Shown here: in pieces, positions 1 through 8,611 of the stretch
How the letters are laid out: every line of letters begins with the position of its first letter
Position numbering within the stretch: position 1 is the first letter of the stretch
Assembly: GCA_030527235.1 (NCBI GenBank)
Contig: JAUNBL010000004.1
Coordinates: 13,932 to 77,931, forward strand
Reading direction: 5' to 3'
Source of the DNA: Clostridia bacterium
Lineage (GTDB): Bacteria; Bacillota; Clostridia; UMGS1883
Length of the DNA: 64,000 bases
Notes under the pieces: generated by a model
What the model saw: the letters and a program-made list of their open reading frames with translations, nothing else
What the model was told of the DNA's origin: nothing
Database searches by the model: none
Made by a program: the position numbers and the translations under genes

Positions 1-262
1 GACGTCTTGTACGATGCCTCTGAGGGATATATCATGCCCGCCACACCGATATTGCCGTCCGAAACGCCGCCCGCCCACGAATTGTTGGGCAGGATTTCAT
101 TGCCGTAGGTAACGCTGCGTACCTGCCTTTGCGCACTGTCCACCGTAGTGCCGGGAATCGCGTATTTGTCCACATACTGCCACCAGCGCTGAATATACTG
201 CGCTTCATCTTTCAAAACGTACGTCATTCCATCACCGGTGTACCAGTCCGAGTAGCCGTTAT
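1..262. repeat. 262-bp tract 100% identical to 3165-3426, inside the paralogous lyase gene
   Basis: Base-by-base comparison shows 1-262 equals 3165-3426. The first mismatches are at 263/264 versus 3427/3428. Identity then falls to roughly 85% and lower, with indels. Confidence 0.95.
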
Positions 263-2123
263 TATTTATGGCCTCATACTTATCTATTCTTTCTGAGGAC
301 ATTGCAAGCATGAAGGTATAGTCCTGCTTCTTATGTACAAACCGGTCCATGTTGTAGTAGGCGTAGTTATAAGTCTTATCTTCCACGGAAGGAAGCTCTT
401 TAATATAATCTATAAACGGCTGTGTCGCCTCGTTCAGCGCCGGATAATAGAATACGCTATATGTTGATGCTCGCGTTGCATTTACAAACTCATCGTAGCA
501 CGAGTCAATCATAGGCTTGAGCAATGCTGAGGTTGTCTGTTTTATTTCCTCCGAATCGCTTGAGATGGCAAGAAGAATCATTGCCTTCACTGCACTGTTC
601 GCGCTTGCGCCGCTTCCGTAGGGATTTTCGCGCCCTTGCACTATCTTCAAAAGATTATTGCGGTATATAAAAGGCAGCCACCCCTTTTCCATCCATTGAA
701 ACACATTGTCATATCCATAGACTTTTTTAATATCCATCGCCGTGTCGTCGCTAATCCAGGCAAGCTCGGCAAGGGTTACCAAATAGCTGTTTCCATAGCC
801 CAAATTATAAGCAAAATTCCCGTGAAACACAAAAGAGCCGTCCTCGTAAACGCCGTTCTTTATCATCTTAACACTGTTTTTGCCGCTGCTGGTCTGATTA
901 TCAAAAATCTGACAAAGGTATTTAAGCGTATGATTCATTCTCGGTGTGTTTTCCGTAAAAAGGCACATATGATATGTGACAACTGCGCGCCACAAAAGAT
1001 TTGAATAGTTTAGGAACGGATTGAGCGCATTTGCCGTGTGATAGGAGTATGTAAGCCTTTCATAAGGAATAACGTAAAGCTGGACAGCCGGCGCTGATGT
1101 CCGTATATAAAGCGACTTAAAATATTCTTCTATTTTTTCCTCGGGCAGGTCCTCATAAAGGTACGCTATTGCCTGTGTAAGCATGGCAGGGTCTGTTATA
1201 AGGTTTAAGAACCAGTTCGAATCAAGCGACACATTTTTTGAAATATAATTCTCAAAAATTTTATCGAGAGCCGCCATGCTTTTGTCCCTGAGTTCTTCCC
1301 AGTCCACGTCCGTTCTGCCGGCCTTTTTTGCCATATAATACGCGCGCGCCACGTTGCGAGTATAGCCCATATTATTTGTAAGAGAGATGCCGGCAAACGG
1401 CAAATCCGCCGCATCCGAATCCACATAATACTCCAAATGCGAGAGCGCGTTTTTTACGGCATCGGTTACATGGTCATAGTACTTGTCCTCGGTTCCCTCG
1501 GGAAAGGTAAGCGCCTCCATATACTTTTTTCGCGCCCTTGCCCAATCTTCCGCCGTCGGGTTTATATCCTCCCACGTTATCTCGCCCATTGCAAAAGAAA
1601 CCACATAATAGCTGCGGTACTGAAGTTCAGATAGGTCTTCTGGGTTTACCGAGCTCTTGTCAATAACGGCATTTATATTTTTGCTTATCAGCATAAAGCC
1701 GCGGGGGTCAACAAACGACTGCCATCCGGGGGCCGCTGCACATATGTCGTCCGCGCTCACAAACGGGCGAGCAAAACTAACGCCAAAAATGTCCGAGGCA
1801 ACCGAAGCCGGAATTTGCATTACGTGGTTCTCATTGTATATCGCACTGCTCGGCATTACATCTCGGTGGTCGTTATTCCAAAACTTATCGCTGTTTACAA
1901 CAAAGGCATAGTTTCCGGTAAGCATTTTTTGTGTCTGAACCTCCGGCATCGCCTGCGCAACCCACTCTTCATAACCCTTCCTGTTGTGGAAGGTGCCTCC
2001 GTTTTCAAAAAAATCGCTCTCCGGTATTTCCGTCATGGGAATATCTCTTACCGTATACGCAAACGCATTGGCAATCCCCAAAAGAATACTAAACGCAATA
2101 ACCGCCGCAATAAACTTTTTCAT
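1..2123 (-). CDS. Polysaccharide lyase family 8 (PL8)-like secreted lyase. Short paralog of the adjacent 1403-aa gene; the 3' end runs off the window start.
   Basis: The ORF is open-ended, so it is absent from the ORF track. My minus-strand translation starts at ATG 2123-2121, with GGAGGA just upstream overlapping the TAG stop of the previous gene. It reads MKKFIAAVIAFSILLGIANAFA (signal peptide) ...GSFVFHGNFAYNLGYGNSY... and is collinear with residues ~400-1060 of the neighbour. It lacks the neighbour's N-terminal repeats. Confidence 0.8.
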   Translation of the reverse strand, partial: MKKFIAAVIAFSILLGIANAFAYTVRDIPMTEIPESDFFENGGTFHNRKGYEEWVAQAMPEVQTQKMLTGNYAFVVNSDKFWNNDHRDVMPSSAIYNENHVMQIPASVASDIFGVSFARPFVSADDICAAAPGWQSFVDPRGFMLISKNINAVIDKSSVNPEDLSELQYRSYYVVSFAMGEITWEDINPTAEDWARARKKYMEALTFPEGTEDKYYDHVTDAVKNALSHLEYYVDSDAADLPFAGISLTNNMGYTRNVARAYYMAKKAGRTDVDWEELRDKSMAALDKIFENYISKNVSLDSNWFLNLITDPAMLTQAIAYLYEDLPEEKIEEYFKSLYIRTSAPAVQLYVIPYERLTYSYHTANALNPFLNYSNLLWRAVVTYHMCLFTENTPRMNHTLKYLCQIFDNQTSSGKNSVKMIKNGVYEDGSFVFHGNFAYNLGYGNSYLVTLAELAWISDDTAMDIKKVYGYDNVFQWMEKGWLPFIYRNNLLKIVQGRENPYGSGASANSAVKAMILLAISSDSEEIKQTTSALLKPMIDSCYDEFVNATRASTYSVFYYPALNEATQPFIDYIKELPSVEDKTYNYAYYNMDRFVHKKQDYTFMLAMSSERIDKYEAINNNGYSDWYTGDGMTYVLKDEAQYIQRWWQYVDKYAIPGTTVDSAQRQVRSVTYGNEILPNNSWAGGVSDGNIGVAGMIYPSEASYKT

Positions 2124-2134
2124 AGCGCGTCCTC

Positions 2135-5100
2135 CTAACGTGAATATGCCGCACAAAGCGGTTCAAGTGTCTCCCATGAGCGTAACAACAGTATCGAAAG
2201 CCTATCACCGTCAAAAACAGCGTCTGACATATCGACAATATTAATTCCCTCTTCAAGACTTATCTTTTTGCTTCCGATGTTTTTCAGCCTGTCTTCCGTA
2301 TAGCTCGCATATACAATCATCACCGTCTGATTTTCGCTTGAGGATATTGTAAGTTCCTCTCCGTCAAACGCTGCTATCGCGGTCTCGAAAAGTTCCACGG
2401 CATATGTTTTTCCGTAATTTTCGTCAACCTCCACGCTTATCGAGCCGCCCGCCGTGACAATCGCTTCCGCTGAAGCCGTTTTGCGCGGCGCAGTAAATTC
2501 CACGGTGGATTTTTGCTGGGTCGGCTCCGCGATGTGCAGTCTGTAGCCGGTGTCCGCCTTGCGGATTATCACCGAAATCGGGTCTGCAAACTCAAACCCG
2601 CAAAGCTCTGTGTTCGGCTCGAACACGTTTGCCATTACAGTACCGTCGGCAAGACGTATTGCATGGCAGTTGTCAGTTTGTACAAGAACCTCAAAATCAA
2701 TATTCTCCGCAAACGCCGCCGTTTCAGCCCTTGTTTTATGAGGAAGCAAAACATAGCCGTAAGTAGCGCCGCTTGGGTTTTCACCATGCTCTATCTTAAT
2801 CGTATAAAACGGAAACTCTCCGGGATTTGATGTCTGTGCGCTGTTTCCGCAAAAGCGCTTACTGTCCTTTACCCGTTCTGTGGAGACAGTGTTTTCACCC
2901 AAAAATACATATCCGCGGTTGCTTTCCAGCCATACGTATTGAGGGTTTTCATGTGTTCTCTTTACGTCAAAGGAATAGTCCTGCTCCACAGTGTCAACAT
3001 ACGCGTCCACGTATCCGCACTGAGTCGAATCTTCGTTCTCTTTCTCGTAGGAAATATAGTTCTCTACCGTGGTGTAAACATCGCCCTCGCCCCCGCTGAT
3101 ACCGCTTCCGAGGCAGACAATTTTGTCATCGAGCATGAAGTACGACTTGCGAGCATCGACATATGACGTCTTGTACGATGCCTCTGAGGGATATATCATG
3201 CCCGCCACACCGATATTGCCGTCCGAAACGCCGCCCGCCCACGAATTGTTGGGCAGGATTTCATTGCCGTAGGTAACGCTGCGTACCTGCCTTTGCGCAC
3301 TGTCCACCGTAGTGCCGGGAATCGCGTATTTGTCCACATACTGCCACCAGCGCTGAATATACTGCGCTTCATCTTTCAAAACGTACGTCATTCCATCACC
3401 GGTGTACCAGTCCGAGTAGCCGTTATCGTTTATGGCCTCATACTTATCTATTCTTTCCGAGGACATTGCAAGCATAAAGGTGTAGTCCTGCCTTTTATGC
3501 GCAAACCGGTCCATGTTATAGTAAGCGTAGTTGTACTGCGGCAAAACAGCCTCGCTCGCTGCTTTTATGTATTCAAGACAATCATCTGTTGCCGCGTTAA
3601 GCGCCGGATAATAAAATATACCAAAAGTTGACGCTGACGTTGCGTTCTTATAGGAGCTGTAGTGCTCCTCCACCAATGGCTTCAAAAGCACGGCAATCTC
3701 CTCTTTGCGGTTCTCTCCGCCCTCTGAGGCAAGAATCATCATGGCTTTGACTGCACTGTTCGCGCTTGCGCCGCTTCCGTAGGGATTTTCACGCCCCTGC
3801 ACTATTTTCATCAGCGTGTTCTGGTATATGAAGGGAATAAAGCTTTTTTCCATCCATCCGTATATGTTTTCAAAACCGTATACCTTTTTTATGTCCATTG
3901 CCGTGCCGCTGCCAATCCATACAAGTTCCGCTAAATTTGTTATATAACTGTTGCCATAGCCCAGGTTATATGCAAAATTGCCGTGGAACACAAAGGAGCC
4001 GTCCTCATAAACTCCGTTTTTAAGCATCTTAACGCTGCTCTTGCCGCTGTTGGTCACGTTCTCAAACACCTGGTTAAAATATTTCAGGCAGTGGTTTATC
4101 CTTGCAGTATTCTCCGTCAAAAGCGAAAGCTGATATATCACGCTTGTACGCCACACCAGATTCGAGTAGTTGCAGTAGGCGTTTGTAAGGTCGCCGCTGT
4201 AACCGGAGTATGTCGTATACTTAAACGGCACATAATATGTCGTCACCATCGGAACACCGGTTCTGAGGTAGAGAATATTTGCGTATTTATCCATTGTATC
4301 AGGGGCAAGTTCGTCGTAGAGATACGCCATTGCCTGAGTAAGCATTCCCGGGTCGGTTATCAAGTTCAAAAACCAGTTTGTATCAAGCGATACGTTGCGC
4401 CCAATGTAGTTTGTAAACAGCTTATCCAGCGCCATAATTGCCGCATCGCGTAAGGTATCCTTGTCAAGGTCGCTGCGTCCCGTTATTTTCAGCATATAAT
4501 ACGCACGCGCAATGTTGCGTGTGTAGCCCATACAGTTCGTAAGAGACGTCCCCGTAAACGGAAGCGTCGTGCTTTGTGAGGAATCCAGCTTTTCCAGATA
4601 GCTCTGCGCCGCCGCCATCGTCTGCGTGATATGTGTCTCACACTCACTCTCTTTTCCCTCGCAAAAGGTTAATGCCTGTAAATAACGGCTTCTTGCCGCT
4701 GCCCAGTCCTCCGCCGTCGGGCTTATGTCTTCCCACGTTATATGCCCTATCGCGAGCGAAACGTCATAGTAGCTGCGGTATTGCCGGTCAGAATCTGATG
4801 CAGGCGCAACATCTATGTAAGACTCTATATCATGACTTACCAGCATAAAGCCTCTCGGATCCACAAAAGTTTCCCATTGGCTCGCTTCGGAAATTTCTGC
4901 CGCGCTTACAAAATCGCTGTCAAAGCTTGTTCCAAACAGCTCGTTCGCTGTCTGCGCGGGGATTTGCAGCACGTTGTCGGCATTTCTGCAAGGTGCGGCG
5001 GCTAAAACACCTCGCCCTGTATTGTTCCAGTAGTAGTTTGAGTTCTCCACAAATGCGTAGTTCCCCGTCAAAAGCTTCTCCACCAGCGTCTCCGGAGTGC

Positions 5101-6346
5101 CTTCATTGAGCCATTTGCTATATCCGTTTTTATTGTGGTACGCTCCGCCCGTCTCAAACACGCCGGTCTTTGGCAGAGTAAGCATATCCACCTGTGAGGC
5201 AGAAAGCTCTTCCGACTTAAATTCCGCCATTATCGAATCGACATTTGCATTCTCCACTGCCCCGATGTAGTAACAGACGGGACGCGCAATGTCAAGTATT
5301 CTCTGCGTTGTATCCGCGCCGCCGAACTGCAGCTGCAGCCGTATGTCATTCCACGTCCTGTCCTGCTCGTTTTGTACAATAAACTCGGCCTTGTTCCACT
5401 TGTCGTAGTTCATGTTTGACTGATTTATCCCGGCTATCGAAACCAAAACATTGCCGTCCCATTTCTCCATTTTTTCAGCACGGTTCAGATATGTTGCCGG
5501 ACTCACTGAGCTTTGCGCCCTCCAATAAAATGATAAATAGAAATAATCTCCGGCCGCGTACAGCAAGTCCATCTCTTTAGCAAAAGAAACGTTTGCCCTA
5601 AAATATGTGCCGCCTTCGGAAACTAAACGATAGTGCGAGCCGTAAGAATAGTCCGCTACCTTTTCACATCTGCCCTCTCCGCCGCTGCGTCTGATTTCCA
5701 AAAAATCAAGCTGTTGATAGTCCGGCGTTGTTGTCATTTTGTGCGTGCGGCGAAACTCGTCGAGCGCCTCGCTTTGAGTTCCTTCAACCGCGCCCAGATA
5801 ATAGCATACCAAGTTTGCAAAATCTATGCAGTATTCCGCGCTTTCGCTTGCGCCGAATTGTGTCCGAAGACGCACGTTGTTCCACGTTCTGTCTTCTCCG
5901 TGAGGAAGAACCATCTCCACCTTATTCCACTCGCCGTAGTTCATGCTTGACGATTCCGCGTTACCTAAAGAAATCAAGGACATATCCCAAAACTCAAAGC
6001 CTTCCCAAATGGATAAATACTTTGCCGGCGACGGTTCTGTCGGTGCGCGCCAGTAAAAGCTTACATAAAGATAATCGCCTTTATGGTATTCTATCGACTG
6101 GTCCTTGGAAAACTCTATGTCGGAACGCACATACGATGAAGAGCCCGTTATACGGTAAAAAGTTCCCTGCTGTGCGTCGCTCATAGCCGTAACGGCGCTT
6201 CCTGTTGAAGGCAGGATAATTGACCTAAACGGAAGTTGGGTCCCGTATCCGTTGTTCTCTGTAATCAGCGCCGCTTGAGAAATCAGCGGAAGAAACATTG
6301 CTGCCGCAATACAAAGTGCGATTATTCTGTTTTTCATCCGCCTCAT
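2135..6346 (-). CDS. Secreted multidomain PL8-family polysaccharide lyase (hyaluronate, chondroitin-AC or xanthan lyase family) with two N-terminal jelly-roll-like repeats and a C-terminal beta-module
   Basis: 1403-aa ORF. PL8-type His...Tyr spacing is present in YEDGSFVFHGNFAYNLGYGNSY. MSSERIDKYEAINDNGYSDWYTGDGMTYVL and WWQYVDKYAIPGTTVD resemble streptococcal hyaluronate lyase blocks. The signal peptide is MKNRIIALCIAAAMFLPLISQA. The likelier start is ATG 6337, 9 nt after GAGGAG. Confidence 0.8.
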   Translation of the reverse strand: MRRMKNRIIALCIAAAMFLPLISQAALITENNGYGTQLPFRSIILPSTGSAVTAMSDAQQGTFYRITGSSSYVRSDIEFSKDQSIEYHKGDYLYVSFYWRAPTEPSPAKYLSIWEGFEFWDMSLISLGNAESSSMNYGEWNKVEMVLPHGEDRTWNNVRLRTQFGASESAEYCIDFANLVCYYLGAVEGTQSEALDEFRRTHKMTTTPDYQQLDFLEIRRSGGEGRCEKVADYSYGSHYRLVSEGGTYFRANVSFAKEMDLLYAAGDYFYLSFYWRAQSSVSPATYLNRAEKMEKWDGNVLVSIAGINQSNMNYDKWNKAEFIVQNEQDRTWNDIRLQLQFGGADTTQRILDIARPVCYYIGAVENANVDSIMAEFKSEELSASQVDMLTLPKTGVFETGGAYHNKNGYSKWLNEGTPETLVEKLLTGNYAFVENSNYYWNNTGRGVLAAAPCRNADNVLQIPAQTANELFGTSFDSDFVSAAEISEASQWETFVDPRGFMLVSHDIESYIDVAPASDSDRQYRSYYDVSLAIGHITWEDISPTAEDWAAARSRYLQALTFCEGKESECETHITQTMAAAQSYLEKLDSSQSTTLPFTGTSLTNCMGYTRNIARAYYMLKITGRSDLDKDTLRDAAIMALDKLFTNYIGRNVSLDTNWFLNLITDPGMLTQAMAYLYDELAPDTMDKYANILYLRTGVPMVTTYYVPFKYTTYSGYSGDLTNAYCNYSNLVWRTSVIYQLSLLTENTARINHCLKYFNQVFENVTNSGKSSVKMLKNGVYEDGSFVFHGNFAYNLGYGNSYITNLAELVWIGSGTAMDIKKVYGFENIYGWMEKSFIPFIYQNTLMKIVQGRENPYGSGASANSAVKAMMILASEGGENRKEEIAVLLKPLVEEHYSSYKNATSASTFGIFYYPALNAATDDCLEYIKAASEAVLPQYNYAYYNMDRFAHKRQDYTFMLAMSSERIDKYEAINDNGYSDWYTGDGMTYVLKDEAQYIQRWWQYVDKYAIPGTTVDSAQRQVRSVTYGNEILPNNSWAGGVSDGNIGVAGMIYPSEASYKTSYVDARKSYFMLDDKIVCLGSGISGGEGDVYTTVENYISYEKENEDSTQCGYVDAYVDTVEQDYSFDVKRTHENPQYVWLESNRGYVFLGENTVSTERVKDSKRFCGNSAQTSNPGEFPFYTIKIEHGENPSGATYGYVLLPHKTRAETAAFAENIDFEVLVQTDNCHAIRLADGTVMANVFEPNTELCGFEFADPISVIIRKADTGYRLHIAEPTQQKSTVEFTAPRKTASAEAIVTAGGSISVEVDENYGKTYAVELFETAIAAFDGEELTISSSENQTVMIVYASYTEDRLKNIGSKKISLEEGINIVDMSDAVFDGDRLSILLLRSWETLEPLCAAYSR
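3165..3426. repeat. Partner copy of the 262-bp perfect identity tract (equals 1-262)
   Basis: See the feature at 1-262. Confidence 0.95.
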
Positions 6347-6367
6347 CTCCTCATCGCAGATTTGGTT

Positions 6368-7702
6368 TTATTCTGCCACTGCCGCAAATGTCTGCGCGTT
6401 TATCAGCAATATTTCCGCCTGTGCGCCCTCGGCAACGTCAGAAAATGTGTGCTCTATAGCTGCCTCCGTCGCTGCGCTTCCTTCGGTTAGCGTTTTTTTG
6501 TATGCGGCGGCAGAAAGAAGAGCCCCGTCCTTTTTCAATATCACAAGCGCAATATACGTCTTTGCCTCTTGCCTGTTGTCAAAGACTATTCTTATCTGCG
6601 CGCTGTCGCCGCTTTGGGGGAAGAACGCAGTCTGTACTTCTTCGCCGTTGAGCGTTATCTGTATTTGTGCCTCAATGTGTTCTTTCACAATCGTTATTAT
6701 GCCGCAAAACTCCGAGTTCTCCTTTTCTGTGAGCGTCAAAACTCCGTCTCGCAAAACGAGGAGCGGTATTTTTTCTCCCTCGCCGTCGTACTTATTGTAG
6801 CCAATCGCATATAGCTTTACTTCAATCGTATCTGTGTCAATCTGCTCCGCGACGGCTGCAATCGGTACGCCGCCTTGGTCGGTAACTTCAACTTCCGCCG
6901 CGTCGGACCATCTTGCAGTGTACTGTAAAACACCGCTCCTGAGCAAAATCCTTTCCCCGTTTACGGTTATGGATTCCGGCATCACATCACAAAGAGCATC
7001 ACTTATATCAGATGCCGTTTTCTCAAAAGACGTGTCTTCGCCCGCCTTAAGAAGCCCTATGCTCATATCTGCGAGCTCTACAAAAAACGCTTTATCCAGC
7101 TCAAGCATTGAAACCCGAAGTTCCTTTTTTGTAATTGTTCCGGCAAAGATGTTATTGAGCTGCTCCTCACTTATTGTTACAAAACAGTCCATCCTATGCC
7201 ATTTGTCATCCGCTTTAAGCGGCGTCACTGCGCCGTCCGCTGCCCCGAGAGTGTTCATTACGACAGACTTGTCGCCGAAAGTCAGCAGCGGCGTAATTTC
7301 ATTTCCCGCATACTCTACGCCATCCTTCCCTGTAAAGGACGAGGCGTTTTTATAGAAAAACGAAATATATACGGTGTCGTTTGCTTCAACTATCATTTCC
7401 GGCGTCTCAAACGTAAAGACAAGCATATTTGCCGCCGCATCCGACAAAACGCTCCCTCCGCCATAACACATGGACCCCCACGCCTCAGTCATAACTTCGT
7501 CCGAAGAGACTTCGGCGTTTCGCAAATAGCCATAATAGTATACCGATGCCTCTTCTCCGCCGTTATGGCGATACTTTTTATCGGTATTCTGTATGACTGT
7601 TGACGGCGAGATGCGCATACAGTCGAAGTCATACGCAGCAGCACATATCGTACCCGCCAAAAGCATAAGCGTCAAAAGCAACGCTGTTTTTAATATTTTC
7701 AT
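6368..7702 (-). CDS. Secreted protein of unknown function. The N-terminal domain distantly resembles the lyase N-terminal repeats, and the C-terminal module is shared with the PL8 and GH95 proteins.
   Basis: 444-aa ORF with AGGAG 8 nt upstream. The signal peptide is MKILKTALLLTLMLLAGTICAAA. I see no catalytic motif I recognise. DTVYISFFYK...DKWHRMDCFV is comparable to GDYLYVSFYWR...GEWNKVEMVL in the lyase. Confidence 0.6.
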   Translation of the reverse strand: MKILKTALLLTLMLLAGTICAAAYDFDCMRISPSTVIQNTDKKYRHNGGEEASVYYYGYLRNAEVSSDEVMTEAWGSMCYGGGSVLSDAAANMLVFTFETPEMIVEANDTVYISFFYKNASSFTGKDGVEYAGNEITPLLTFGDKSVVMNTLGAADGAVTPLKADDKWHRMDCFVTISEEQLNNIFAGTITKKELRVSMLELDKAFFVELADMSIGLLKAGEDTSFEKTASDISDALCDVMPESITVNGERILLRSGVLQYTARWSDAAEVEVTDQGGVPIAAVAEQIDTDTIEVKLYAIGYNKYDGEGEKIPLLVLRDGVLTLTEKENSEFCGIITIVKEHIEAQIQITLNGEEVQTAFFPQSGDSAQIRIVFDNRQEAKTYIALVILKKDGALLSAAAYKKTLTEGSAATEAAIEHTFSDVAEGAQAEILLINAQTFAAVAE

Positions 7703-7725
7703 AAAATCACTCCTCTTCGCCTGTT

Positions 7726-8592
7726 TTACCCCTTTACCGAGCCTGCGGCAAGTCCTGAAACAAAATATCTGTTCCCAAACACGTACGCAACCAGCGTTGG
7801 TATCAACGACAAATTCGCCGCCGCCAGCACAACTGTCCAGTTTGCCGCAGCCTCACCGCTTTGTTTAAGCGCTGTTATGCCGACCATAAGAGTCTGCTGT
7901 TCCGGATTTGACATGGTAAATATAGACGGCATCAAATACTCGTTCCACGCTCCGTTAAACGTAAGTACGGCTACCGTTGTAAGTATGGGTTTCAAAAGCG
8001 GAAGAATTATTTTGAAAAATGTGCCGGCAAAGCTGCACCCGTCTACCTTCGCTGCCTCATCAAGCTCCTTGGGAAGCGTTTCTATGTAGCTTTTTACCAG
8101 ATAAATATTCACCACCGGTATTCCAAAGGCCTTTATAAGTATCAGGCCCCAGAGCGAGCTGTTCAGATGTATGACATTGAGCATCTCAAAAAGAGGGTAC
8201 ACTGTGATTGAGCCCATATTGATAAACATCAACGCGGAAAAAATCACAAAAATGATTTTTTTGCCGGGAAAGTTTCCGCGTGCGAATACATAAGCATTCA
8301 GCGATGAAATAATAAGCATTATGGCAACATTGGCAACCGTATAATACATGCTGTTCAAAAACATCCTTCCCAGCCGTATCGAACGCGAAGTGATAACCGT
8401 GACATAGTTGTCTATTGTGGCCTTTTCCGGAAAAATTTTGTCTGCGTTTATGAAAAGCTCACCCAGTGACTTAAACGAACCCGCCAAAGAATACACAATC
8501 GGAAAAATAACTATAATGGCGAAGAATGTAAGTATTGCATATACAATCAAGTTGCCTATTTTGTGGGTCTGTTTAACGCTTTTGTATTTCAT
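7726..8592 (-). CDS. ABC sugar transporter permease (CUT1 family, MalG/UgpE-like)
   Basis: Multi-TM protein with an EAA-type loop (ETLPKELDEAAKVDGCSFAGTFFKIILP). The track ORF starts at 8634, inside the GH1 gene. ATG 8592 follows GAAGGA and is the likelier start. Confidence 0.85.
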   Translation of the reverse strand: MKYKSVKQTHKIGNLIVYAILTFFAIIVIFPIVYSLAGSFKSLGELFINADKIFPEKATIDNYVTVITSRSIRLGRMFLNSMYYTVANVAIMLIISSLNAYVFARGNFPGKKIIFVIFSALMFINMGSITVYPLFEMLNVIHLNSSLWGLILIKAFGIPVVNIYLVKSYIETLPKELDEAAKVDGCSFAGTFFKIILPLLKPILTTVAVLTFNGAWNEYLMPSIFTMSNPEQQTLMVGITALKQSGEAAANWTVVLAAANLSLIPTLVAYVFGNRYFVSGLAAGSVKG

Positions 8593-8611
8593 TCTTTTTT
8601 CCTTCTTTATA

